In this document: in pieces, positions 42,863-55,830 of the stretch
How the letters are laid out: each line of letters opens with the position of its first letter
How positions within the stretch are numbered: the stretch's first letter is position 1
DNA from: Eledone cirrhosa
Lineage: Eukaryota
Reading direction: 5' to 3'
Assembly (NCBI GenBank): GCA_964016885.1
Contig: OZ024741.1
Location: 82,832,001 to 82,896,000, forward strand
Length of the DNA stretch: 64,000 nt
The notes under the pieces: generated by a model
The model's input: the letters and a program-made list of their open reading frames with translations, nothing else
The model's database searches: none
What the model was told of the DNA's origin: nothing
Translations under genes and position numbers: made by a program

Positions 42863-43268
42863 TAAAATAACAGATTAAAGTTAGCCCTCTTTGGACTTTA
42901 GTCTTCAAATTTATATTATTATTGCTATATATATATATATACATACATACATACATACATACATACATACATACATACATACATACATACATACATACAT
43001 ACATACATACATACATACATAATTGGGCAAGCCCTAACGAATGAAACGGACAGAAAATTAATAACGTCGAAATAGGTAATATATGAACACTTTCATATAT
43101 CTTTCATAACCAAATAGTTGCAAATGAACAAATTCTGGTTCATTTTAATCGGCACAGGTTGAACAGGTTGTACCTCATGGCTAACAAAACTATGTACCTG
43201 GTATGGCACCGTTGTAGTAGATGTCATTATTAAATATATTCCAACTCGATCTAAGGGCTTGAGTTTAG

Positions 43269-43356
<88 letters not shown>

Positions 43357-43562
43357 ATTGGGATGGACACGCGTGAAACTTGCTGGGTAAATTCTGCCTA
43401 AATTTCTATAGAAATTCTTATCTGTGAGCCTTCAATTTTATACCAATTTGTAGAGGGACTGCCAGGTCAAATTTTGATGTGGTCAGTCTCTCAAAATAAT
43501 CTACGCCTTTAGGCGAAATAGTTAATAAAAATATTTTTGGAAAAACTAACATTTAAAAAAAA

Positions 43563-45005
43563 ATGGCTGAAGCTTCTTCACCAACATTCGAACGAGGAAA
43601 GGGGAAGATATGCTTACAGCTTCCCCCTGCCACTTTCATAGTAGCAGATGCCAAAGACAAAGGTCAGTAAGAGGAAGGATTTTTTCCACCTGCTGACCGA
43701 CAACTTGACGTTGCCATGGCAACAAACCAACACCAAAAGTGTTAAACAATGAACAAAAACAACACAACCAGTGGAACCAGCAACAACAACAACAACAATG
43801 CTATGAACGAAAACAACACCAACAACAAGAACAAGAACAAGAACAACAAGACCAATAACTGCAACAAGGAAATAAACGACAAAATATCGTTTGCGCAAAC
43901 CGTAAAGAAAACGGTACGCTACACTCCTGTAGGTATTTCAAATGCAAATGAGCTTTTGAAGAACGTCAGACAGTACATAACTTCTGGGGAGAAGGGATCA
44001 TTCTCCATAAACTCTCCCCCAGTTTTGCGAAGAAAAGCTGCTTTGAAAATTGTGATTTTAAGGACAGTCTCAAACAAAACCCGAAAACCGACTCAACTTA
44101 CACAAGGCGAAATTGAGTTGGTTTTAGAAGATACCTTAAAAGACATTGCTTTCATTCAGAAGGGTAGACTCTACGGGAGTTTATCCATTCTGATGAAAGA
44201 CCAACTGACAGCACAGAAATATTCTGTGTCGCCAATTTTGTCACCGTTGTTCACCTTTTCCCCCCACTTACATGGGGAACAAAACACAGAAAATAAAAAT
44301 CCAAAGTATCACACCAAATATTGATATTTGATGGGTACTATATGGATTTTTAAACCTCGAAAAAGATTCAATAATATCGGTAGGTAAACCCTCCGGCGAC
44401 CTGTTAAGCGGAACTAGCCTGGAAATTCTGGTCCAAATGACACCAGAAAGAATAGCTGGGATAACGGAGCGTATGCTGCTGGATGGGATTATATACATAA
44501 ACATTTCGGTCGAGGGTAGGCGGCCCTCATGTTACCACTGCCTAAGCAGGGGTCACCTGAGAACTTCCTGTCCTCGGCTAACTAGCCAAAAAAAGGAATT
44601 ACAGCCAACAGCTGCAACACAACGCAACAAAAAAGTTACACCTACATAAATACTAACAATAAAACTTTAACAGACACCATATATAAAAACCCTTTTACAC
44701 ACTCTTCGGAGAATCCTAATCTTAAAATGATTAGGATCTCCATGGACACACATAAACAGTTAAAATAAAAATGTCCTAACGACGTAGGTAACCCCTGCGT
44801 CAAACCCTATAACCGCGTCCTTTTGAAATGTTTCCCCACCTCCATCCCAGACACTCCCACCCCACACACACCCACCTCACCTGTCACCCCCTCCCCACCA
44901 ACCATCTCCGTCCCCACCCCGCCAGATACCACTACCCCATCAAACAACCGCTCCAACACCCCCATGGAAATTGTGCAGCCTAGTCCCCAGGAGACGAAGA
45001 GGTGA
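43563..45005 (+). pseudogene. Tx1 ORF1 (frameshifted), Asn-rich N-terminus and zinc knuckle
   Basis: CYHCLSRGHLRTSC (CX2CX4HX4C) near 44530. Lies directly upstream of ORF2. Confidence 0.75.
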
Positions 45006-45045
45006 TTGATTTCTTTTCCTCTTCTTTTAACTGTTCAGCACCAAC

Positions 45046-48000
45046 ATGGCCAATATAAGAGTTGGATGTGTGAATGTACGCTGCCTGGGGTTGCCCTGGA
45101 AACAGGGCAAACTTTTAACGACCTCAGGTCGCACAGTATGGATGTAGTAGCCATTTGCGAGTCCAGGATCCACAGCAAGCGAGAACTGGCCCCCATCTTC
45201 AACGACTTTGAGATCTACGCATCTCTCTGTCAGCCGAGAGGAGGGGGCGGGTTTGCCATTTTGCTGCGGAGACACCTGGACTTCGTAACACAGACGGTAC
45301 ATCTGGACCCTGAGGGTCGACTGGTGGTCCTAGACGTTGACGGTAGTGAAGGTGGAGCCTTCAGGCTGGTGGCCGCATATGCCACATCTGGGAGACCGCG
45401 GCCAGACTTCTTCAAACGTCTAGAGACGTTTCTGGGAACCTTCCGCTCCCTGCTATTAGTGGGGGTCTGAAATGGAATCCTAGATGCACGTTGGGACTAT
45501 GTGGGAGCATGTTCCCGATAGAGGGGGGTGTAACAGCCTCAAACCGATTTCAACTGGCCGATAGATATCGACTAGATTTTCCAACTGTGCCACTGTGGAG
45601 GTGGACCAACGACAGCGGAACATCTAGATCGTACCTAGATAGGCTTCTAGTTAGAGTTAGCGATAGGGACGTGTTAAGTTGTCCGCAGATATTCATGGTT
45701 TCCTATTCAGATCACAAACTAGTGACCTTCTTAGTCAACCTTAACAGAACCCATAGACAGGGACCCGGCTACTGGAAGCTGAACTTGTCGGTACCGACAT
45801 GCAAAGCCTACAGTAGACGGATTAGCACTTTAGTTAAGCAGCACTTGACGGGGGCCATTGTCAACAACAGTTGGTGTTACTCTCTCAAGAGGGCAGTTAT
45901 ATTAGACTCGATAGGTTTTAGTAAAGAATTAGTGTTTGATTGAAATAAGACCGAAAAGGAACTGGTAGATAAACTAGAAGAGGCACTTAGGAGTGGCAAC
46001 GTAGCCAGCGTGCTAGCGACTAGAAGGGCTTTGGACCACTCATTCGACGCAGAGAATGAAGGCTGCGTTGTCAGAAGCAAAATACGTGCTCTGGGAAACG
46101 AAGTAGCCAAAGCTGTTAGCTGAGCCTGAGTGACGGAGACGAAAAGTGGCAACAAGTCCACGATTCGCTCTTTGAAGGACCAAGACGGACCCGTGATACG
46201 TGAGCCGAAGCAGATGTGCGTGGCCTTTCAGCGGCACTTTCCTCAACATTTCAGGCAGGGCGGCGCGCCGGGAAGGGCTATAGATTTCGGTCCACACCTC
46301 AACGGCCTACCGCGACTCTCGGATAGCGAAGCGAAGTTCTGCGAAAGCCGATTTCGGCCGCTGAGATAGGAGAGACGCGCTGAGCCAATGCGGCAAACGC
46401 AAATCTCCAGGTCTCGACGGTCTACCCTACGAATTTTACGTAGCAATACCGGACTTGTTCTCCGGTCTCCTGGAAGCGGTCTACTGCAACTGGCAGCAGA
46501 ACGGGAGAATTCCTACTTCTGTAACCAAGGGCGTAGTCCCGTTAGTCAGGAAGGACGAGAATAATGGGGATGGCATAGGCAACATCCGGTTGATAACTCT
46601 GTTAAACAGAGTTACAGATTTTGGCGAAGGTGTTAGCAAAGAGACTGGCGTTTTTCGTCGAAAACCTGGTGGGAGAAGCGCAGACATGCGCAATCCCGAG
46701 CAAGTCCATACATGACAACCTCAACCTCATGCGATACATCATAGAGAGGGTAGTGTGTAAACCCGGCTTCGGTGGGGCCCTGATCAACTTGGATCAGTCT
46801 AAGGCTTTCGATAGGGTTGACCATCGTTACCTGGATGCGGTGCTCGAGGCGGCAGGCATCGGATCCGTGTTCAGGCGCTGGATTGATGCAATGCACAGCA
46901 GCAACATCTGCTCAGGGGTCAAGGTGAACGGCTACCTCTCGGAGCTGTTCCTTATCACGCGATCCATCCGACAGGGATGCCCTCTCTCCTCCCTTCTGTA
47001 CGTACTGACTCTCGAGCCACTACTGCGGTAGTTGGAGCTATTGCAGGGCGTCCCTTTGCGATTTGAGAGTAATCGTGTGGAGCACCTCGTGAATCGGGGA
47101 GGTCGGCACCTTACTGAAGGAATACGAAAGATTCACAGGAGCGAAGCTGAAGCGTGACAAATCCGTCGGTTTGCAACTCGGAACGTGGAGAGGCAAACCG
47201 ATGCCTTCCGATGGCGTCGTCGGACGCTGGTCGGAAGGACCGGTAAAGCTGCTCGGGGTCTGGTTTGGTCCGGACCTCCAGGTGGAGAAGAACTGGAACG
47301 AGGTGACGGCCAAGGTGTTTGCGCTCACCCAGAAGTGGGCCGAGTGCAAACTATCCTTGAAAGGACGAGCGGAGCTGGCGAACACTTTTATAGCGTCCGT
47401 CATCTACTACCGCTTGACCGGCGTGCCTTGTCCAGCCAAAACGCTCACCAAAATGGAGTGCGCGCTCTTCAAATTCCTTTGGGAGAAACGGGCTTCTTTG
47501 GTGAGAAGATCCATCTGCTACCAACACCCTTCACACGGAGGACTGGGGATGCCGTGGCTGACGATGCGCAAACACACGCCCAGGCTGCGGCACCGCCACG
47601 TATTCCTCACTGGACAACTGGTGTGGGTCTCGTGCGTTAGGCGAGCCTTCCCACGACTCGTCTCGCTGATCAAACTGCAATCCTGGGTCAAGCAAAGACC
47701 GAGGAAAATGGACGACTGGCACATCGAATGTGCTCAGGCGCTCACAGTCCTCTGGCAAACGGACCCGGCGATCAGTGGAGACGCCGCTTCATCATTCTAT
47801 AGAGGGTTGATCCGCAGCAAGTGCGACGTCGCGCTCGGAGAAAATCTAGGCGTAGTGGAGGACGAACTGGCCACTCTGATCGGTAGGATCTTCCGCCCGG
47901 GACCGATGGACAACTTCCAAAAGTCCCTGGCCTGGCAGTGCTCCCGAGGAGCTCTACCAGTTCGAGACAAGCTCTTCAGACACGGGCTCGCGGGCAGGGA

Positions 48001-48434
48001 CCCTTCGAAAAAGATCTGTCCGAGATGCGTGCGCGACGAGGACACTGTCGCGCACGCATTTGTACACTGCCCGGACGTTACCGACCTGTGGGGCTATGTA
48101 GAATGACTTTTGTCGCGGGTGGGACCAATCCAGTTGACCACCGAGTCCATTGTCATTATCAAACCGCCACCCTCCTTCAAAAATGAAGGAGAGGCGGGTT
48201 TCCTATGTGTTATGGCTATGATGAAAGAGGTTATATGGTGGACGAGGTTAAAAGGGCTTAGGTCGGACACCTTTCTCTCCAGCGAACAACTGATTCGTTT
48301 TTTTCAAATATCATTTTGGAAGAACTATCAGGATAGAGTGAGAGGTGCTGTATCCCAGCAAATTTTATAAAAGGTGGGTGAATGTGGCAAAGATGGCCCG
48401 AGTGTTTGGGCCTTCTCTCTATATAAGCCTGTAG
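45046..48434 (+). pseudogene. Tx1 ORF2 (APE endonuclease plus reverse transcriptase) with many stops and frameshifts
   Basis: NVRCL, VAICES, SYLDRLL, SDHKLV, GYWKLN, KSPGLDGLPYEFY, LDQSKAFDRVDH, RQGCPLS, GGLGMP, CPRC...HAFVHC. The YADD region appears deleted near 47050-47090. Confidence 0.92.
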
Positions 48435-48692
48435 GATGAGTAAAAAGAGGAAGAGAGTAAGGGAGTACTCACTCTTGGTGCTCCTGGAGACGAGGGTTGT
48501 ACATTTTTTCGAGGTGTGTACAAACCCTGTGTAACGCCTCCCTCTATTGGGGATTTCAATTGTTATTTGTTATTTTATTAATAGTTTTATTTTCATATAC
48601 CTGAATGTAAACTCCCCATTTGTATTTGTCCCCTTCTGTTGTGCCATATGGCTAATGAATAAATTTATATATATTTATATATATATATATAT

Positions 48693-48880
48693 ATATAGAA
48701 GAGATTCTACAGGACTAGAACTGTTTCATTCATTAGAAATCATCAGGGGATTCCTGATGATTTCTAATGAATGAAACAGTTCTAGTCCTGTAGAATCTCT
48801 TCTATATTAAAACTTTTATACTCTGCTATGTATTGAGTACCTTACTTACTCTGGTTACCTCCGATTCAACCCGGAATAAC

Positions 48881-48882
<2 letters not shown>
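48693..48882 (+). mobile_element. Short family-C insertion: HHR-containing end with 55-bp inverted duplication, in (TA)n
   Basis: 48693-48747 is the reverse complement of 48753-48807. The remainder matches 27915-27990. Confidence 0.85.
48747..48799 (+). ncRNA. Type-I hammerhead motif, family C (core intact)
   Basis: gggattc CTGATGA t-ttc-taat-gaa-t GAAAC ag-ttctagtc-ct GTA gaatctc. Stem I covaries with the 27864 copy. Confidence 0.8.
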
Positions 48883-48921
<39 letters not shown>

Positions 48922-48927
48922 CCTCTA

Positions 48928-48995
<68 letters not shown>

Positions 48996-49493
48996 GACAT
49001 ACATAAATAAATATGTACATAAATATATATGTATAAATGTAAGTGGTGTAAGAGAAGATGTGGATGGGCGTGTGCTTGGGTGTGTGTAAGTGAATATTTT
49101 ACAAGACTTACATGTTTTCATTTTTTTCGCTATGTATCGATCAATATATTAAATTTCTAACAATCCTCAGCCCCAGCTTGCTTCACTGCGAAAATCACTA
49201 AAAAAAGTCATCTCCACGGCAATCAGAAATAACATGAAATATATGACAAATTCACAAGAAATTTTATTTGGCTAACGGCCTAAATGTACTGCATATTTAA
49301 TACAACGCAACATAACTTAGGTAGAGAATTATTGAGGGAAAGGGACAGAGAGGGAGAGAAGGGAGAATATGGGGGGTGGGGGTATACATCGTCACAAGAA
49401 GGAATAATGCCAGAGAGGGAGGAGTAGTTGTAAAAGATATCTCTCTCTATCCCTCTATCAAGCTATGTATGTATCTATATATATGGGTATATG

Positions 49494-49564
<71 letters not shown>

Positions 49565-49661
49565 TTACTAAGATATACAAACATATAAATACATTCATAA
49601 ATATATATATATATATATCGAGAGAGAGATAGAGATTTCTTTAGATAGATAGATTGATATA

Positions 49662-49738
<77 letters not shown>

Positions 49739-50335
49739 ATATATATATATAAATATACATGTGTATATATATATATACATGTGTTTCTTCTTGTGTGTGT
49801 GTATGTATGTATATGTATGTATATGTATGTATAAGTATATGTGTATGTATGTATATGTATTATACATATATATATAAATATAGAGAGGGAGAGGGAGTTG
49901 GGACTGAGGCACAAATACAAATACAGAGAGACAGAATAGAGTATTGTGCAGAGGTGAAGTATTTTGGTGAAGGGACACTGAAATACGAAGGACCATGAGG
50001 GACAATGAAAGGAAAATTCAATTTTCAAGTGATGAATTATGTAAGATTTCTGTATTGGAAATATATCCCCAATCGGGAATAAATCAATCACCGCTATATA
50101 GCTGTAGCTAGCAATTCCTTCAGGAACAGGTTAATGAAACATTACTTCGTAGCTGGCAGTAAGATTTTGAGATAACTGATTGCATATGAAAGTTACAAAA
50201 GTGCTCAAGTTTGGCAATTAATAATTATATATATATCAATAAATATATCAATAAATAATGATATGTCAACAAATCAAATATCAGGAAAGACTATATATAT
50301 AAATATATATATATGTACACACACTCAGATATATA

Positions 50336-50406
<71 letters not shown>

Positions 50407-50421
50407 ATGTATATATATATA

Positions 50422-50580
50422 TAACGAAGAAGAAATTGTGGTAAGGAACGAGATGGACCATAACGCATCAAAGTACTCAATACTTAGGGTTTTAGAGTGG
50501 GTAATAGGAACAAGTATGACCCAGAATCCAGAAATAGCCGTCGAAACGGCTTGAGCACTGCCTTCAGGGTCATACAGGTT

Positions 50581-50583
<3 letters not shown>
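50422..50583 (-). repeat. Short dispersed repeat embedded in (TA)n, copy 2
   Basis: Homologous to 31325-31460. Confidence 0.7.
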
Positions 50584-50621
<38 letters not shown>

Positions 50622-50876
50622 CTATATGTATATGTGTGTGTGTGTCTATGCACCTCTGTGCGTGTGTGTGCATGTATATATTGGAAATATATACACGCGT
50701 ATGAAAAATGAAATTACATTACTTTTGCTTGAGATTTTAGTTGAAATCGTACCGATATAATTTCATTTATCACGAAACCACGTGATGCATGACTTGTCGT
50801 GGGTGATATAGCTGTAGCAGCAACAGCAGATGCAGGAGACAGTCACACTGACAGACAATGTAATTATATATATGGA

Positions 50877-51848
50877 CTAGCAGAAAACCACCCGGTGGGC
50901 GGTTTTCTGCTAGCAAATCTAGTGTATAATGTTGAGATTTGGATGAGAAATGTTTTCGGCACCACATGTTCACTGTCTCTCGGTGTGTGTTTTATGCATG
51001 TATAAATATATATGTTATCTATACGGTGAAATCTTTGAAATAAATATATGTTAAAACGAAAAAGGAGAAAATAAATAACTGGCGGTTAGAAAAAAATATT
51101 CCTATGAAATTTTAATCATACCATTAGGTGTGAATAAGGAAATCTTTTTTTATTGTTCAAAAGTTAAACTTCAATTTTTTGAATTATTTCCAATTTTTTC
51201 ATGGAATTGAACACTGGACATTGGCTGCTGGAAATGGAAATTAAATCCTATTTAATTGTATTTAAATTTCTAACCTTATTTTATTATTTATATTTTTTCA
51301 ATAAGAAATTTAAAAAAAAAAAAAAAATTGAAGAAAAAAATTGAACAAATCAAACGTAGGTTATGGAACTGCGCAATCTGATTAATAAATTACCTCATCA
51401 GCAGCAAACTTCTTCAAATGGTCCTTATTATCAGCAGCAACAACCACAAATTCAATGGCAACCTTCTTCAAACCACAAATTCAATGGCAACCTTCTTCAA
51501 ATGGTCCTTATTATCAGCAGCAACAACCACAAATTCAATGGCACCCTTCTCCGCATGGTGTCAAGTCAGAAAGAACCGCCTCGAACTGGTTACTTATGGC
51601 TTGTGCAAGGTGTCTCTATAGCAACCAGCGATTCCCTCGGCCTCAGTGACCAAAGTCAGTGGAGAGGGGAAGGTAATGTTTCTATAGCACGTGTTTTAGC
51701 GTCTATTCACTCTCTCTCCCCCTCTCTCCTTCCCGCTATCCCTCTCTCGTAGTCTGTCTCTTTCTTTCACTCTCACTCTTTCTCTACGCACGTGTTTCCA
51801 CTGTCGCACAGACAGACAGAGAAATTGCTGTTTATATATATAAGTAGA
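50877..51848 (-). mobile_element. Non-autonomous Helitron
   Basis: Minus strand A|TCTACTTATATATATAAACAG ... hairpin accgccc-acc-gggtggt, then tttctgCTAG|T: canonical TC/CTAG ends at an AT site. Confidence 0.75.
51396..51550. repeat. 54-bp minisatellite (about 3 partial units) inside the Helitron
   Basis: cttcttcaaatggtccttattatcagcagcaacaaccacaaattcaatggcaac recurs, with a truncated middle unit. Confidence 0.85.
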
Positions 51849-51958
51849 TATATGTACGAATAGCTCTCTTTCCTCTCTCACTTCGTAGACATTATCACTT
51901 TTACGGTAGTTTTGAGGACATATTTTCAATTTCTCTTATTTATGTTATTTCATATAAA

Positions 51959-52029
<71 letters not shown>

Positions 52030-52737
52030 TGTTATACGTACATACATATATGTATACAGACGTACAGTAGTATGTATATATATACATACATGCAAACATA
52101 TATTTAAGTACGTATGGGTTTACCGAACATTTATTATAAAGCTCGGTTTGTTTGGAAACCCATTCGTACATCTATATATGTGTGCATGTATGTATATATA
52201 TATACATACTACTGTACTTCTGTATACATATATGTATGTACGTATACATACTTATATTTAAGTAACAACCGTACTAAGAGTAAGAAATGAAATATGGTTT
52301 CATTTTTTCCATTTATCCTTTTCGGTGCGCCCGGCCGACTAACTCACTCAATATGCAAATTAGGCTGCTCAGCCGTTAATATGCATAAGGAATGTATATA
52401 ATTTCAGACGTTCAATCATCTGGCAGGAAGGTATACGATGCTGACTATAGCTAATAAGCTTGAAACTAGTACATCGTTCTTTTCTCAGTGTTGAACAAAA
52501 GGGCAACGATGGTTGCTAAAAACTGTACGGCTTAAATCGGGCTGTTTGTTTACAAAGAAACCGAGCATTATAATAAATGTTCGGTAAACCCATACGTACA
52601 TATATATATATATGTGTGCATGTATGTATATATATACTTACTACTGTACGTCTGTATACATATATGTATCTACGTATACATACTTATATTTAAGTAACAG
52701 CCGTACTAAGAGTGAGGAATGAAATTTAGTCTCATTT

Positions 52738-52740
<3 letters not shown>
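52030..52740 (+). mobile_element. Family-A non-coding HHR element: inverted partial, direct partial and full 432-bp unit
   Basis: gtactaagag at 52271 and 52703 gives a period of 432. 52034-52152 is the inverse of 52553-52678. Flanked by (TA)n and (CT)n. Confidence 0.85.
52435..52477 (+). ncRNA. Minimal type-I hammerhead motif, family A (G8 mutated to T in this copy)
   Basis: acgatg CTGACTA t-agct-aata-agct-t GAAAC ta GTA catcgt: perfect 6-bp stem I and palindromic ACTAGT stem III. Confidence 0.75.
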
Positions 52741-52806
<66 letters not shown>

Positions 52807-53014
52807 TTACATAAAGATTACTGAATGTGCGTTCATAAACAGAAAGACACACTGATACATTTACAACATGCACACACACATACAGAGAGATAGAGATAGA
52901 GAGAGAGAGACGAGACATGCTCTTTCAACTTTGTTTAAAATTTAGAAATATGCGTACACAGTGACACTAAATCCGATATTTTTTGAGGATATTTGCTACA
53001 GTAAAATGATTAAT

Positions 53015-54965
53015 GCTTCTTCTTCTTCTTCTTCTTCTTCTTCTTCTTCTTCTTCTTCTTCTTCTTCTTCTTCTTCTTCTTCTTCTTCTTCTACGCCTAC
53101 TTATACCTGTGAGAATCATCAAACACTCCTTACCGCGGTTCCTCCCAGAAGCCTGCGATCTGGCTGGATCCTCAACCGACGTGCTTTGATAATTTGTGCA
53201 CCTCCAGCTTTGATGAATTCTGAGTGTATGTTGTCCAGTCCAGGGCTTGTTCCTTGCTTCAAATTTCTGATGGCATGAGATATCTCGCTAGCTAAGATAG
53301 ATGGAATGGCATATGATGTCGAATCATGAATGGTTGTTGGTTCTGTGTTGCTGAAGTACAGTTCTTCTTAGAATTTAGCCTAACGTTCAAGGATGTCAGC
53401 TTTGTAAGTAAGGATAGTATCGTTTGAATCTTTAAATCTTTAAAGATTTCTTTGTTTAGTCTTTAGTTTCTTTAGAATAGCATGATATAACCTGTTGTGT
53501 GGTAGGTTATTCAGCTCCTGAATGCTGTTGTAGATTTGCTTACATTTGTCTGATTTGGCGAGTTTTTTTTGATTCAGCCTTTGCCATTTTATATTGGGTG
53601 ATGTGTGGCCACATTCTCTTCCGATTCTATGTTTTTCAGATATTGCTTTTTTTGTTTGCTGTGACATCCATTGTGGGATGGAAAGGTTTTCCTTAGGTAA
53701 AATCTCTTCAGATACCTCTTTGATGACTATGTAGATAGTATCATGAATTTTGTCGGGTTCTTCATCAGATTGCAAAGCAGAAGAGTTGTTTTGCAGTTTG
53801 AATGGGCTTGCTGTTTCGTTACATGAGAGTTTTTCTAAGTTAACTTTCGATGGTATTTTAGTTATTTGTGGCCAAGCATAATTGATATGAAATATTATTC
53901 GCACCATTCGATGGTCAAATATATCAGGAGTGTTAAGATCAGTGCTGTCGAATATGCTTAGCCTCGCTGAAGATTTTTTTGCTATTATAAAGTCCATTTG
54001 ATTCTTAATTATACTGTCTGGTGACAACAGAACAGGTTTTTCTTTTTGAAATATCGTGTGTGATGGTGATCTGCGTATTGTTCCTCGTACAAATTCAGAT
54101 CACCTCTCGAGTTAAATGTACCTGTGGTATACTTCCCAATACTTGATGGGAATGATTGATTCTGTTGCCCAACTTTACAATTAAAGTCACCCATCAGAAA
54201 GAGGTGATCTCTCTGTTATGCTTCATCTATAATGGCCTGTATGTCGTCATATAAGTCATTGATTTCATCATCTGGGTGTGTAGATGTCGATAAGTACGAG
54301 TTTACAAAACTTACTTTTCAAGCTCAGAACAGCTAGTCTCTCTGATATAGGTCGATAGCTGTGTATTAATGACGCGCACTTTTTATTCACCAAGAAACCC
54401 ACTTCATTCAAGTTATGAGTCACATTCCTTAACAGATAAATATAGTATCCGGTATCTTGGTGTGTCTTTATTTTGTTTTCGTCTGATTTAGTCTCTAATA
54501 GTCGAATAATATCCATGTTTACTTTCTTTAGTTCATACAACATTGTCTAAAGAGATTTGGCATTGCGGGCTTTGATGGTACATGTGTTTTATGTGCAGAT
54601 TTTAAAGGTAATTTTATTTGTCTGGGTTTTTCTTCTATTTATATAAATCTAATTAGTCTGAGACTGCTGGTGTGTTCCCCTAGTCATAGCTGTCACATCA
54701 GACTGGGGCCGCTGGTGTGCCCCGCTGTTCACTCTTAGAGGGTCCAGGGATGGTCTTCTCTGTACAACGGATCTCTGAGGTGACTTTTTCATGTTAATTT
54801 AATGAGCCAACTCTTCCATGCTGGCCCAAGGCATGTTGGAAGAGGGCGTTTGTAAGGTAACGCAAAGACCAGTGTTATGATCGTGACACCATCACTAGGT
54901 GGGCTCTCAACCAAACCTCAGAGAGACTCCAACCTCCCTCACCAAGAGAGGCTATCCCACACCAG
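53015..54965 (-). mobile_element. RTE-type LINE with APE domain, internally deleted (RT core missing), (GAA)n tail
   Basis: Minus: LLETK, VGFLV, PISERLAVL, IYTP, MGDFNCKVG, KNQMDFI, FDHRMV, SPGLDNIHSEFIKAGG, then a jump to the 3' end and (GAA)n. Confidence 0.85.
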
Positions 54966-55214
54966 ATCTCAGCCTAGTACTTATATACACACTTGTATAC
55001 ATATATGCACGTACATACACATGCACGTACATATATACATATATACACACATTTATTTTTTTATTCTTTTATCAAATATATACAGATATGTACATAGACA
55101 AACGCGTAATCAATCCTACACACACCCACATCCATACAGTATATACATATTTACACATTTCTTGGATGGCCGTTGACTCTTATGAGTTCTTCCGCCAAAA
55201 ATACCCACAAATAA

Positions 55215-55385
55215 TTGTTTCTACTTTTGCCACAAGGCTAGCAATTAGCCCAGTGGTGCTTTATTTATTCACCCCGTAAAGATGAAAGGCAAAGCTAATA
55301 TCGGGGGATTTAAACTCAGAACATAAAGGTCCATAACTCTATGTTGAAAAGTATGGTATCTGACGTTTTACCTATACTGCCAAGC
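55215..55385 (-). mobile_element. tRNA-derived SINE (MetaSINE-like core)
   Basis: tttattcaccccgtaaagatgaaaggcaaagctaatatcgggggatttaaactc. Confidence 0.65.
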
Positions 55386-55632
55386 CACAAATAATGCCAG
55401 GCAAAAATACTGTTGTTAACAAACAAGAAAATAACATTGACACATTTCAATCTTAAGCTGAGTCCTCTAAACTAACCGATTTTCGTTAGTTTAGTAGCCG
55501 AGAATCGATTGCTTAGAGTCTTCTACGAAACTACTTCCAAATTAGAAAGTCATTGTTCATGCAAAGAGAGAGAGAGAGAGAGAGAGAGTGTGGGTGAAAG
55601 TGATATATATATCTATATATATATCATAATCA

Positions 55633-55830
55633 TCGTCATCATCATCATCATAGTTTAACGTCCATATTCCACGCTTGCATGGGTTTGGACGGGAGTTTTC
55701 CCACTTGAAGCAAGAGTGGTTCTCTTGCTCGCATAGGACTATCTGGCGGGTTTTCTACGGCTGGATGCCCTTCCTAACACCCACCACATTTACAATGTGG
55801 AACTGGGAGGTTTTTACAGTGTTTCCTACA
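55633..55830 (-). mobile_element. SINE/RTE-related 3' portion with (TGA)n tail
   Basis: Minus: ttaggaagggcatccagccgtagaaaacc ... cccatgcaagcgtggaatatggacgttaaac, then (TGA)n. Confidence 0.65.

Larger units (their letters stand above)
43480..48665 (+). mobile_element. Near full-length but disrupted Tx1/L1-type LINE
   Basis: ORF1 with CCHC knuckle, ORF2 with APE, RT and C-terminal Cys/His motif, then a 3' UTR with AATAAA and (TA)n. Confidence 0.95.

Noticed and set aside
51396-51550. Repeat array superficially like CRISPR
   Set aside because: No unique spacers, no cas genes and a eukaryotic context; it is a minisatellite.
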